DNA of 64,000 bases from NCBI GenBank assembly GCA_963762565.1, contig CAVXLD010000001.1, positions 64,001 through 128,000 on the forward strand, written 5' to 3'. A program made the translations under genes and the position numbers. The stretch's first letter is position 1. The number at the start of each line of letters is the position of its first letter. Positions 30,090 to 40,102 of the stretch are shown piece by piece. This DNA is from an uncultured Verrucomicrobiae bacterium (GTDB taxonomy: Bacteria; Verrucomicrobiota; Verrucomicrobiia; Chthoniobacterales; JAFAMB01). The notes below the pieces were generated by a model that did not search any database, was not told the origin of the DNA, and was given only the letters and a program-made list of their open reading frames with translations.

Positions 30090-30105
30090 TGCAGCATCCA
30101 TGCCA
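30090..30105 (-). promoter_or_regulatory. Putative sigma-54 promoter
   Basis: TGGCATGGATGCTGCA = GG-N10-GC, about 15 nt upstream of the permease ATG. Confidence 0.55.
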
Positions 30106-30242
30106 TGTACACCCAAAAAAAAGAGCATCCACTACCTCACACTGTAGAGGAAACGCCGACAGCGCCGGCATCGCCGAGAGCGCCGACAACATGTCTGATC
30201 GCGCTCGACCACTGGTTGGCGCGCAGTTCCGCACCTACATGT

Positions 30243-30431
30243 TCTATCTTTCTTGGCGTCTTTGTGCCTTTGTGTGAGATTTCGATTCTGGCCTGTAGTT
30301 TCAAAATGAGAAACCAGCGTCTCAGTTTGAGACAAAGTGCCTCGCGCAGAGGACGCAAAAGCCGCGGAGATCAAAAGCTCGAGGATCTCCTGCTTCTTTA
30401 CCTCTGCGTCCGCGGCGACCTTTGCGCGAGG
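30243..30431. repeat. Nonamer-type arms and IR pair
   Basis: tctttcttggcgtctttgtgcctttgtgtgagattt; ctcgcgcagaggacgcaaaagccgcggag / ctctgcgtccgcggcgacctttgcgcgag. Confidence 0.7.
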
Positions 30432-30555
30432 CTCTTCTCGTTGTACGTCGTCTCCGTACCGGTGGCGTACTGATATTGAGCAATCGCGGGTCGTTGAAGT
30501 GTGGTTCCGGTTCGTTTCGGTAGCAGTCAGACCCATAAATATGGTATCTGCACCC

Positions 30556-30813
30556 ATGAAGACTACTGTGGAGATTCCGGATGACTTGTTCAAGCGGGCC
30601 AAGGTGCTGGCCGCTCAAGAAGGAGTATCGATGAAGCAGCTCATTACAGAATCTCTTCAGCAAAGAGTCGCTAGACATTCGGCAGAAACCACGCTCGAGC
30701 CGGCTTGGAAGCGAGCATTCGGAGCTATGCGCGCCTATCGCAAGGAAAATCGGCGGATTGAGAAAATCATCGAGCAGGAATTCGAACAAATTGAGCCAGA
30801 GGACCGCAGATGA
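30556..30813 (+). CDS. vapB: VapB-like RHH antitoxin
   Basis: MKTTVEIPDDLFKRAKVLAAQEGVSMKQLI RHH; ATGA overlap with PIN gene. Confidence 0.8.
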   Translation: MKTTVEIPDDLFKRAKVLAAQEGVSMKQLITESLQQRVARHSAETTLEPAWKRAFGAMRAYRKENRRIEKIIEQEFEQIEPEDRR

Positions 30814-31187
30814 TTTTAGACACGAACGCATTCTCTTCTTTGGCTGATGCAGATGAGACCCTTTTATCGGTATTGGAAGGGACCGAGGAATTGTGTCTTC
30901 CCGTGATCGTACTCGGGGAATATCGCTACGGAATCTTTAGCTCCCGGTATCGCACAAGGTACCAGCAATGGCTGGCACGTGATCTTCAGCTCTTCCGGCT
31001 CCTGGAGATTGTTGAGTCGACCACCGTTCATTACGCGACGATTCGTTCATCGCTAAAAACGCAAGGGACGCCGATTCCGGCGAACGATTGCTGGATTGCC
31101 TCCTTAGCCAAAGAACACCGTTTACCGATCGTCAGTCGAGACACACATTTCGACTTGGTGAAAGGTATTCGGCGCGTCGAGTGGTAG
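30810..31187 (+). CDS. vapC: VapC PIN-domain toxin
   Basis: MILDTNA, IVLGE, PIPANDCWIA, SRDTHF. Confidence 0.92.
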   Translation: MILDTNAFSSLADADETLLSVLEGTEELCLPVIVLGEYRYGIFSSRYRTRYQQWLARDLQLFRLLEIVESTTVHYATIRSSLKTQGTPIPANDCWIASLAKEHRLPIVSRDTHFDLVKGIRRVEW

Positions 31188-31206
31188 ACCGGCGCGAGGT
31201 ACATGG

Positions 31207-31318
31207 ATCGCGCTGGGTAATTCGCGGGGGCCGCCCGATTTCACATGTATCCGTTACACCCACGCTGCTGGGAACACGCGAGGGTAAACGAAATACGTAC
31301 CAAAGCGGCTCCCCTCCA
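31207..31318. repeat. Right half of a family C REPIN
   Basis: atcgcgctgggtaattcgcgggggccgcc ... ccaaagcggctcccctcca, homologous to 14832-14943. Confidence 0.7.
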
Positions 31319-31391
31319 AGTCGCTTTTTTTGCATTCTTTGCGGCCACGCCGCAACGCTTCGCATAGCGATGCGGGCAGGGTCTTTCGCGG

Positions 31392-32090
31392 CTATTCCAT
31401 GAGATCTGGTCGAACCACCGTTTCAACCACCTGTCCGTTTGTCAGCGCGACACGATAAGCACGCGCGTCCGGTCGTGAAGTCACCAGATTGACAAGCTTT
31501 GTCCCTTGGAAATGGAGCGCAGCGCTGTTATCGATGCCATACCCTGCGCTTACATCACCGGCGGCTAAACACCGATGAAACGTCTCGCGTCGCCCTGCTT
31601 CATCATAGTGCGGACAACTGGTTCCCGGAAGGAAACCGAGACATTTTAGCGGATGTGGTTCTCCTTCCACCACAGAATCACTGATCGCCTGCTCGAACCA
31701 GCAGATCGCACCGGCGCTAATCCCGCAAAGGATCTTGCCTGCTTGCCAAGCCTCTCTCAGCGCTCGGTCCAATCCGTGTTCCCGCCAAATGGCTAACATC
31801 TTGCGGGTATTCCCGCCCCCGACGTAAAGAATATCGTTCTGGGAAACAGCGGCGATCGGATCTGACGTTTCTGAGCCGGTCAGGCTCAAATGCGTTGGCC
31901 GGCAAGGTAATTTCTCAAATGCGGTATAAAAGCGGTGGATATAATCATCGCTGTGTTCAGGAGGAATGAAACAGACCCGTGGCTCCGGGACAGATCCTCG
32001 CCATAAAGAAAGGATGTACCGGTCCAACGCCGGGTTGTGCGGCTCCATGGAAAAGCCGCCTCCACCCAGTGCTACGATATGACCACGCAT
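31392..32090 (-). CDS. Peptidase E (S51 family)
   Basis: IVALGGGGFSME, LYVGGGNT, GISAGAICWF, CPHYD. Confidence 0.9.
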   Translation of the reverse strand: MRGHIVALGGGGFSMEPHNPALDRYILSLWRGSVPEPRVCFIPPEHSDDYIHRFYTAFEKLPCRPTHLSLTGSETSDPIAAVSQNDILYVGGGNTRKMLAIWREHGLDRALREAWQAGKILCGISAGAICWFEQAISDSVVEGEPHPLKCLGFLPGTSCPHYDEAGRRETFHRCLAAGDVSAGYGIDNSAALHFQGTKLVNLVTSRPDARAYRVALTNGQVVETVVRPDLME

Positions 32091-32100
32091 GAAGGAAAGC

Positions 32101-32346
32101 GGAATTTCACCACAGAGGCACAGAGAACACAAAGAACAGATAATAAAATCCGCAGATTACGCAGATTACACAGATTTCGTTTTGAGCTTCGGATAGCGGC
32201 CAAGTACTCAACGAAACGGCAGCATACCTGGACGACTTTTTTCCCTGCGGCTGGATTCAATCTTTAACGTAATCTGCGTAATCTGTGAAATCTGCGGATC
32301 CTAATGTCTGTCTCTGTGTCCTCTGTGTCTCTGTGGTGAAATTTCC
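32101..32346. repeat. Gene-less GxxExxY-type element with a nested CGCAGATT-type element
   Basis: Right arm ctctgtgtcctctgtgtctctgtggtgaaattt differs by 1 nt from 53274-53306; inner IR 32148-32176 / 32271-32299. Confidence 0.88.
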
Positions 32347-32350
32347 GAAT

Positions 32351-34792
32351 TTATTCCCGCAGGGCGATCATTGGATCGATCCGGATCGCGCGCCAAGCGG
32401 GCACCACGCAGGCGAGAAAAGCGGCTAATCCCAATACCCCGATAGCCGTCAGAAGCGCAATCGGGTCGGTACCAGAAACACCGTAAAGCAAGCTTTGGAT
32501 CAGATGCGTTAAAATCACTGAGCCGAGGATACCGGCCGCCAAACCGATCCCGACGATCATTAAACCCTGGCGAACCACTAAATTAAGGATGCTCCCAGAC
32601 TCTGCGCCCAGAGCAATCCTGATTCCAATCTCCCTGGTACGCTGAGCAATCGAATACGCCAATACGCCGTATAAACCAACCGCAGCCAAGAGCAGCGCAA
32701 GAACCGAAAACAGACTGACTAACACAACTGAAAGCCGCTGCGTAACTAACTCCTTGCTGAGCTGGCTTTCCATGGTTCTGATATTAAAGACAGGCAGACT
32801 GGGATCGGACGATTGTACCGCTTCGCGGACGGCGGACACCAACCCTTGCGGATCACCCTTAGCCCGAAGTAAGACCGTCATCAGTAGCTCAGGCCTCTGC
32901 GAAACCGGGAAATAAAGCTCCGCAAGTTTCGGCTCACTCGCTAAATCATCATGCCTTACGGTCCGTACCATTCCTACAATGGTGTATTTTACGGAGTTAG
33001 CTTTGTGGGCATCCTCAGAGAGCTGTTTACCAATTGGATCCTGACCGGGGAAACAGCGATTCGCCAGTTTTTCGTCAATGATAACGACCGGCGTTTTACC
33101 GACTCTGTCTTCGGCATCGAAAGTGCGGCCGCGGATCAATTGGATCTTAAGCGTTTTGAAATAATCGGGCGAGACAGATGCATATTCCGCCGTCGGTTCT
33201 TCTCCGAGTCGAGGTTCGGGCTGGCCGACAACGCCAAAGTCCATTGAGTAGTTGTTACCATTAAATGGCGCATTACTTCCCAGTGCTGATGCTTCCGTAC
33301 CCGGAACGCTTCGAATTCGTTGCAGGAGCGATTCATAAAAGGCTGCCATTTCGGTTTTCGTCGTTTGGTCAGCCTGGTTCTGATACTTCGAGCTCGACAG
33401 TTTAATCTCGACCATAAGCATGTTATGCGGATCAAAACCAAGCGGGACCTTTTGCAGCTGCTGGAAACTTTGGATGAGTAAGCTGGAAGCCACCAAAAGC
33501 AGACTAGCTAGAGCGACCTGCCCGATCACTAATAGTCCTTGGCTTCGTTGGCGCGCGGCGCCGGCAGTAGTGCCTCGACCGCCGGCAGCATCCAGAGTTT
33601 CCCTGAGGTTAACTCGAGACGTCTTCAAAGCGGGCCACAAACCAAATACCAGGCCGCTACCTAAAGTCACGATCGTGGTGAAGAGCAGAACCATCCCATT
33701 CAGATGAACGTGCTCGAATCGGCCAACATCATGAGGTGTTAATACCACAATCGCATCCAGGCTGGTCTGTGCCAATAGTAAGCCGAGAACTCCACCTAAT
33801 ATCGCCAGCACTACACTCTCGAATAGCAACTGATTAACCAAGCGGGCACGGCTTGCTCCCAAAGCCGCCCGGAGCGAAATCTCTCGTTGCCGAACAATCG
33901 CCCGGCCTAATAAGAGATTCGCCACATTGGCACAACCAATCAAGAGCACGAGACCAACGACAGCTAATAATAGATAAAGCGTCATTCGATATTGACCAAC
34001 CACGTCTTCCAGAAGAGGCGTGACTTTGGCTGAGATGTTAGAATTAGTGTCCGGGTACTGTAATTCCAGGTTTCGCGCGATAACTCGAAACTCGGCTCCC
34101 GCAGCTTCCCGCGAAACGCCCGGATTAAGCCGGCCTAGACAATTCAAACCCGGATGCTGACCCCGATCGGTCAAGGCCGCAGGCACTGGAAAATGGCCCA
34201 TGGTTACATAAACATCCATGTTTTCCGGATTCATGATCTGAGGTGGAGCGATGCCGATGACTTCGTAGCTCACGTCATTCAGCACTAGTGTACGGCCGAT
34301 GATCTTCGGATCCGCTGCGAAACGATTTCGCCAGAATTTATCGCTCAAAAGAATAACGCCAGCCTCTCCAGTGCGGTCGTCACTTTCAGCAAAGAATCGT
34401 CCGATTTCCGGTGTGACCCCAAGCACTCGAAAATAGCTCGCAGTGACAATTGCCCCGCTTACCCGCTCCGGATCGCCATTCCCAGTTAAGTTAAAATTAT
34501 CGCGGCGAAATACGGCGATTTCTTCAAAGGAATGCTGGTTCGTTCGCCAATCTAGATAGTCGGGATAATCGAGTGATATTTTAGGGTAGACCGGGCTGGT
34601 TTCCGAAATCGTGAATAACCTCCCCGGATCCGGGTACGGTAACGATTCCAGCAGAACCGCATCGACCAGACTAAAAATTGCGGTATTCGCCCCTATCGCG
34701 AGCCCCATGATCAAGATGGTAGTGATAGTGAATCCAGGCGATTTCAACAACAGCCGGATGGTATAACGGAGATGAGAAATCAGGGTTCGCAT
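32351..34792 (-). CDS. ADOP permease copy 5
   Basis: MRTLISHLRYTIRLLLKSPGF...IDPMIALRE. Confidence 0.93.
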   Translation of the reverse strand: MRTLISHLRYTIRLLLKSPGFTITTILIMGLAIGANTAIFSLVDAVLLESLPYPDPGRLFTISETSPVYPKISLDYPDYLDWRTNQHSFEEIAVFRRDNFNLTGNGDPERVSGAIVTASYFRVLGVTPEIGRFFAESDDRTGEAGVILLSDKFWRNRFAADPKIIGRTLVLNDVSYEVIGIAPPQIMNPENMDVYVTMGHFPVPAALTDRGQHPGLNCLGRLNPGVSREAAGAEFRVIARNLELQYPDTNSNISAKVTPLLEDVVGQYRMTLYLLLAVVGLVLLIGCANVANLLLGRAIVRQREISLRAALGASRARLVNQLLFESVVLAILGGVLGLLLAQTSLDAIVVLTPHDVGRFEHVHLNGMVLLFTTIVTLGSGLVFGLWPALKTSRVNLRETLDAAGGRGTTAGAARQRSQGLLVIGQVALASLLLVASSLLIQSFQQLQKVPLGFDPHNMLMVEIKLSSSKYQNQADQTTKTEMAAFYESLLQRIRSVPGTEASALGSNAPFNGNNYSMDFGVVGQPEPRLGEEPTAEYASVSPDYFKTLKIQLIRGRTFDAEDRVGKTPVVIIDEKLANRCFPGQDPIGKQLSEDAHKANSVKYTIVGMVRTVRHDDLASEPKLAELYFPVSQRPELLMTVLLRAKGDPQGLVSAVREAVQSSDPSLPVFNIRTMESQLSKELVTQRLSVVLVSLFSVLALLLAAVGLYGVLAYSIAQRTREIGIRIALGAESGSILNLVVRQGLMIVGIGLAAGILGSVILTHLIQSLLYGVSGTDPIALLTAIGVLGLAAFLACVVPAWRAIRIDPMIALRE

Positions 34793-34799
34793 GATAAGA

Positions 34800-34920
34800 A
34801 GGAGCTAGGAGCTAGAAGATGGCGTTGCATTTCCTGCGGGGCGTCTTCTCTAAAAACAGGTTATCCGACATTGGTTGCGATCTCATTTTTCAGTTGTAGT
34901 CGTGATCTACTAGCTCCTAC
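34800..34920. repeat. (GGAGCTA)-arm palindromic element between permeases
   Basis: aggagctaggagctagaag ... ctactagctccta. Confidence 0.75.
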
Positions 34921-37363
34921 TCCCGTAGGGCCGTTATCGGGTCGATGCGGCTGGCTCGGAAGGCAGGGAGGAAACAAGCGATCAGCCCAGTAATGACAAG
35001 GACGACTGCGCTCGCTGCAATCGAAAGCGGATCCGTGGCCGAAACTCCATACAAGATGCCAGCGATTAGTCCGGATAGCGCCAAAGCGATCGCCAATCCG
35101 ATCAAAAGTCCGATGCCGACAATCCTTAAGCCCTGTCTAATGACTAACTGTAGTATGGCCGTGGATTGGGCGCCGAGAGCAATCCTGACCCCAATCTCGC
35201 GCTTCTTCTGACTAACCGAATAGGAAAGCACTCCGTATAAACCAATCGCGGCCAATAGCAAAGCGACGGCGGAAAACGCGCTGACTACAATTGACGCTAA
35301 CTGCCGGATGGCAAACGATCTGGCCACCACCTCTTCCAATCGTCCGATGTTCGAGACGGCCAGGTTCGGATCAAGATCCGCCACCACCTTGCGAAGCGGC
35401 TCGATCACCAAGCTCGGATTATTCTCGGTATGGAGCACTAATGTCGCAAAATTGATCCGATTCGGTTCAGTATTTTGGGCGTAGGGATAGTAACATTGGT
35501 ACGGTGTTGGTTGCGATTCAGGATTGTCATATTGAACAGTGCCAACGACGCCCACAATGGTGTAGAAGTTCCGCTTGAGTCCGACCCGATCATGAAAGTC
35601 GTAGAGCTGTTTTCCAAGCGGATCCTGATCGGGAAAGAATGCCTGGGCCACACTCTGGCTAATTATCACGACTTTCTCTTTTTCCGGGCCATCCTGGTTA
35701 GTAAAAGTTCTACCGCGAATCTGCGGAATGCCCATGCTCCGGAAGTAATCCGGCGAGATAAACTGGATTTGCCAAGCCGGAAGTTGGCTTTGGGGTGGCT
35801 CCCGGCGTCCCGAAATCCAGAAGCCGTCAAGGTTGCTGGCCGGCGAAGAGGGCATGAAGGGTAAGGCACTGTTCAGGCCGGCCGAGGTAACTCCGGGCAA
35901 CGTTTTTACCCGATCGAGCAATTTGTCAAAGAATTGGCGATACGCAGTCTGGTCCGAATAGTTGGCGTTGGTTAGATAGAGATCCGCAGCCAATCGGTTA
36001 ACCGCTTCGAATCCTAGCGGGGTGTGCTGCAATGCCTGGAAACTTCTGGCCATGAGACCGGCGCTGATTAACAGGATAACGGTAAGAGCGACCTGACCAG
36101 AGACGAGCACGGCTTGACCCAGATTACGAGCCCGGCCCGCCGTAACCCGCTCCCTTCTCGTTTGAGGGCTGACGCTAGATTGGTCCGAGAATTGACCAGA
36201 GCGGGGAACAATCCGGAAAATGCCGCAGTGACTAGAGTAATCAACAAGACAAAGATCAGAGCGCCGGTATCAAGCCGGACCTCCTGAAAACGTGCGAACT
36301 CATCCGGCGCGAGCGTTCTGATGACGTGAAGCGACCAAGCAGCAGCGGCCAGACCGACGGCGGCGCCGGCCAGAGTCAGGACCGAATTTTCGATAAGGAG
36401 TTGCGCGATCAGCCTTCTCCGATTTGCTCCCAGCGCAGCGCGCACACTCATTTCTCTTGCCCGTTCCTGCGCCCGAACGAGCAACAGTGTGGCTACATTC
36501 GCGCAGGTGATAACCAGCAGACACGCTACCGCCGCTTCCACCAGCCATAACGATCCGGAATAGCTGCCAATCACCGTATCGAGATAAGGAACCGCCCGGA
36601 TCCCGAATCCAATATCCTCAGGATATCGGCTTACGAGGTTCTGTTGGATGACCTCTAAATCGGCTTTGGCCGCTTCTAAGGTGGCGCCGTCTTTAAGGCG
36701 GCCAAAGCAAGCACAATCGTGGTTGAGCCGTTGGGTCATCTCGAGGGTCCCATAAAAACGGCTTTGATTTAGCGGGACATACACATCGATCCTAGCCGAC
36801 TCGCTGGCCACAGAAGGGGTCACGCCGATCACTTGAAGACTTCTCCCGTTTAACGACAAACTCGCGCCGACGACATTCGGATCGCCGTGGAACATCGTCC
36901 GCCAAAAATGTTCACTCACTATCACGACACCCGGCGCATCGGGCCGATCGTCGGCTACCTCTATCGGGCGACCAAACAGCATGGGACGTCCAAATAGCTG
37001 GAAAAATGTTCCCGAAACATAAGCGCCGCTGATTAACTCCGGGTTGCCACGTCCTGTCAGCGTAAAATCATCGTTGAGCGAGAGCGCCATTTCCTGGAAC
37101 GAATGTTGGCCGGCTTTGAGATCGACGTAATCAGGATAATCGAGCGGTAATCGCTCGAAGCTCCGAAAAGACTGGTATACCTGCACTAACTGTCCCGGAT
37201 GCGGGTACGGAAGCGGCTTCAACAGGACTGCTTCAATCACACTGTAGATAGCGGTATTCCCTCCAATCCCCAGTCCTAGAATCAAAATCGCAGTAATCAT
37301 GAATCCAGGCGATTTAACCAGTAGCCGGATTGTACGCCGGAGATGGGAAATTAGGCTTCGCAT
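34917..37363 (-). pseudogene. ADOP permease copy 4, split by a 1-bp frameshift near 36150
   Basis: ORF 36068-37363 (N-half) and 34917-36110 (C-half) join as KREG(E)RVTAGRARNLGQAVLVSGQVAL; the deletion lies in a G run. Confidence 0.85.
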
Positions 37364-37369
37364 ACAGGT

Positions 37370-37520
37370 AGAGTTAGGAGGTAGAATCTAGGAGCTAGTG
37401 CGTCGCCGCGACTTCTAAATTCTTACTGTTGCTCTGTCGTTTATTCGTTTAAATTTAAGGGCATCTATTAGTCAGGTATTTTTCCTTCTAGATCCTAGAT
37501 TCTGGCTCCTAGCTCCTACT
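37370..37520. repeat. (GGAGCTA)-arm palindromic element between permeases
   Basis: gagttaggaggtagaatctaggagctag ... ctagatcctagattctggctcctagctccta. Confidence 0.85.
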
Positions 37521-39933
37521 CCCGCAGCGCGTTGATCGGGTTGACTTTGGTAGCGCGGACCGCAGGCACTAAGCAGGCGGCTAAGGCCGTCAAACTCAGC
37601 ACGATCATAGCGGAAAGGATCGCTGCGGGATCGTAAGCTGAGATGCCATAGAGACTGGCTTGAACCAGAGGCCCAATGGCGAGTGTCGCGGCCAGACCGG
37701 CTAAGAGGCCAACGCCTACTAGCGACAAGCCTCTGGTAATGACCAGACGTAGGATATTGGTAGATTCGGCGCCGAGGGTGATGCGAACTCCGATCTCTCG
37801 TGTTCGCTGGCCTACGATGTAGGACAACACGGCGTACAGTCCGACGGCAGCCAGGAGAAGGGCGGTGCCAGACAACAGGCCAACCACAAGAACGGATAAT
37901 CTCCTAGCGTTGAATCTCTTGGCGATCGCCTCCTGAAAACTCTGGAGATTAGACACAGGGAGATTGGAATCTAACGCAGTAACGCTCCTTTGTAGCGCAG
38001 GGATAAACGATCGCGGATCGCCTTCGGTTCGCACAACCAGGGAGCCAAAGTTCCTTGGCGATTGCGCGGACGGGTAGTATACCTGGAAAGAGGTTTGCTG
38101 TATCTCCGGACTATTATGTTGGATGTCCGCTACGACCCCGACGATGGTATAGAGTGTTGGTTTGGTTCTCCCTGGCCGGTAGATCTGTTTCCCAACAGGA
38201 TCCTGGTTATGGAAGAAGCGCTCAGCAATGGCCTGATTGATAACGACAACTTTGTCGCTACTCGGCTGATCTCTGTCGTCAAGAAAACGCCCCCGAATCA
38301 GCGGTATCTGTAGGCTGCGAAAGAATCCTGGAGACACGTACTGAGGTTCCGCTCCGGGCATTTGGTTTAATTCCTTGTATTCTTGGCCGGGGATACCAAA
38401 TACGTTTATCTGAAGACCAACGAAAGGTGGATCACTGTCGAAGCCGGCATCCACAATTCCAGGTAGCTTTCGCAGGTTGCTAAGCAGCGAATCAAAGAAG
38501 AGTTTGCACTTCGTCTCGTCCCCGTACCTGGTTTCAGGAAGATAGATATCCGCCAAGAGCACATGGTCGGGCTTAAACCCCAAGGGCACGTTCTGCAGAG
38601 TCTGAAAACTTCGGGACAACAGAGCCGTCCCGATTAAAAGGACCACGGTGAGTGCTACCTGTCCGCCGACTAACCAAGCCTGGGCACGATGCTTCCCTCG
38701 CCCATCGGTTTGCCCACGGCCGGCCTCCTCGCTCAGCCCGGAAGCCGGATCAGATCGTAAATTAGCCCAGATGGGAACAATTCCGGCTACTAACGCCGTC
38801 AAAGAACTCACCACAATCGTGAACAGAAGCACTGGGCCATCGATGTTCACCTCTTGGAAACGAGTTTCGCTTTCGAGAACAAGAGACTTTATGACGCCTA
38901 AAAGACTCCACGCTAATACCAAGCCGATTGCGGCTCCGGCAATCGCCAGGACCAAGCTCTCCCCGAGCATTTGGGCTCCAAGCCGGATTCGACCGGCACC
39001 GAGCGCCGCTCGGATACTTGCTTCTCTGTGGCGGCCTTGGGCCCTAGCCAAGAGCAGATTCGCTACGTTCGCACAGGCAATCACCAACAGACATCCAACC
39101 GCTGCCTCCAAAATCCAAAGCGTCCCCGCATAGTCGCTAATCACGGTGTCCAGGTACGGCACCAGGCGGATACCGAACCCTTTGTCCGTAGCCGGGTATT
39201 GAGCAATTAAGTTCTGATTGATCCGCTCGAGATCGGATCGCGCTTGGATCAAACTAACACCCTCCTTTAGCCGGCCGATGCAGGGAAAATCGTGGCCGCC
39301 GCGACTCGCCTGCATCACTTTGAAATCCGGCGCGAAAGGCAATGGAATATAAACGTCGATCTTATTTGATTCGTTGCAGACCTCGGGAGTCACACCGATG
39401 ACCTGGAAGCTTTTGTCGTTCAGCGCTATCTTGGTACCGATGATATTTGGGTCCGCCTGGAAATGTTTTCGCCAAAACCGATCACTCAAAACGACTACCG
39501 GCGCCGTGTCTGATTTATCTTGGCCTTTGTCGAAGGGACGACCGAGCAAGAACGTCCTCCCAAAGACCTCAAAGAACGATCCACCGACATAGAAACAATC
39601 GATCCTTTGCGCTTCACCTCTTCCGGTAAGATTTACCTGATCCGGTAAAACCAGCGTCAAGTTTTGAAAGCTGTGCTGCGCAGCCGTATAATCGAGAAAG
39701 TCGGGATAATCGAACGGAAATTCGTTGTAGCCTCTAAACGGTTGAAATAACTGGACCAATTGAGCCGAATCCGGATAGGATAACGGCTTAAGTAATAACC
39801 CGTTAATCAAGCTGAACACCGCAGTATTGGCGCCAATACCTAATGCCAGAATTACGATGGCATTGACAGTAAATGCGGGCGATTTCGTTAATCGCCGGAT
39901 CGTAGGCAAGAGATGGGAAATTAGGCTGCGCAT
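37516..39933 (-). CDS. ADOP permease copy 3
   Basis: MRSLISHL..KSPAF, ACANVANLLLAR, VNPINALRE. Confidence 0.93.
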   Translation of the reverse strand: MRSLISHLLPTIRRLTKSPAFTVNAIVILALGIGANTAVFSLINGLLLKPLSYPDSAQLVQLFQPFRGYNEFPFDYPDFLDYTAAQHSFQNLTLVLPDQVNLTGRGEAQRIDCFYVGGSFFEVFGRTFLLGRPFDKGQDKSDTAPVVVLSDRFWRKHFQADPNIIGTKIALNDKSFQVIGVTPEVCNESNKIDVYIPLPFAPDFKVMQASRGGHDFPCIGRLKEGVSLIQARSDLERINQNLIAQYPATDKGFGIRLVPYLDTVISDYAGTLWILEAAVGCLLVIACANVANLLLARAQGRHREASIRAALGAGRIRLGAQMLGESLVLAIAGAAIGLVLAWSLLGVIKSLVLESETRFQEVNIDGPVLLFTIVVSSLTALVAGIVPIWANLRSDPASGLSEEAGRGQTDGRGKHRAQAWLVGGQVALTVVLLIGTALLSRSFQTLQNVPLGFKPDHVLLADIYLPETRYGDETKCKLFFDSLLSNLRKLPGIVDAGFDSDPPFVGLQINVFGIPGQEYKELNQMPGAEPQYVSPGFFRSLQIPLIRGRFLDDRDQPSSDKVVVINQAIAERFFHNQDPVGKQIYRPGRTKPTLYTIVGVVADIQHNSPEIQQTSFQVYYPSAQSPRNFGSLVVRTEGDPRSFIPALQRSVTALDSNLPVSNLQSFQEAIAKRFNARRLSVLVVGLLSGTALLLAAVGLYAVLSYIVGQRTREIGVRITLGAESTNILRLVITRGLSLVGVGLLAGLAATLAIGPLVQASLYGISAYDPAAILSAMIVLSLTALAACLVPAVRATKVNPINALRE

Positions 39934-39939
39934 AAGGGA

Positions 39940-40102
39940 GGAGTTAGGAGCTAGAATCTAGGAGCTAGGAGGGAGACTCTTTTTCTGATTCGTGCGTTGC
40001 TCCAACGACTGGTTTTGTCAGCTGACTTATGCAGATTCGATTCAGTTTTGTTCGCGATATCGTCATCTCTTCTAGATCCTAGATTCTAGCTCCTCGCTCC
40101 TA
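39940..40102. repeat. (GGAGCTA)-arm palindromic element between permeases
   Basis: gagttaggagctagaatctaggagctagg ... tctagatcctagattctagctcctcgctccta. Confidence 0.87.
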
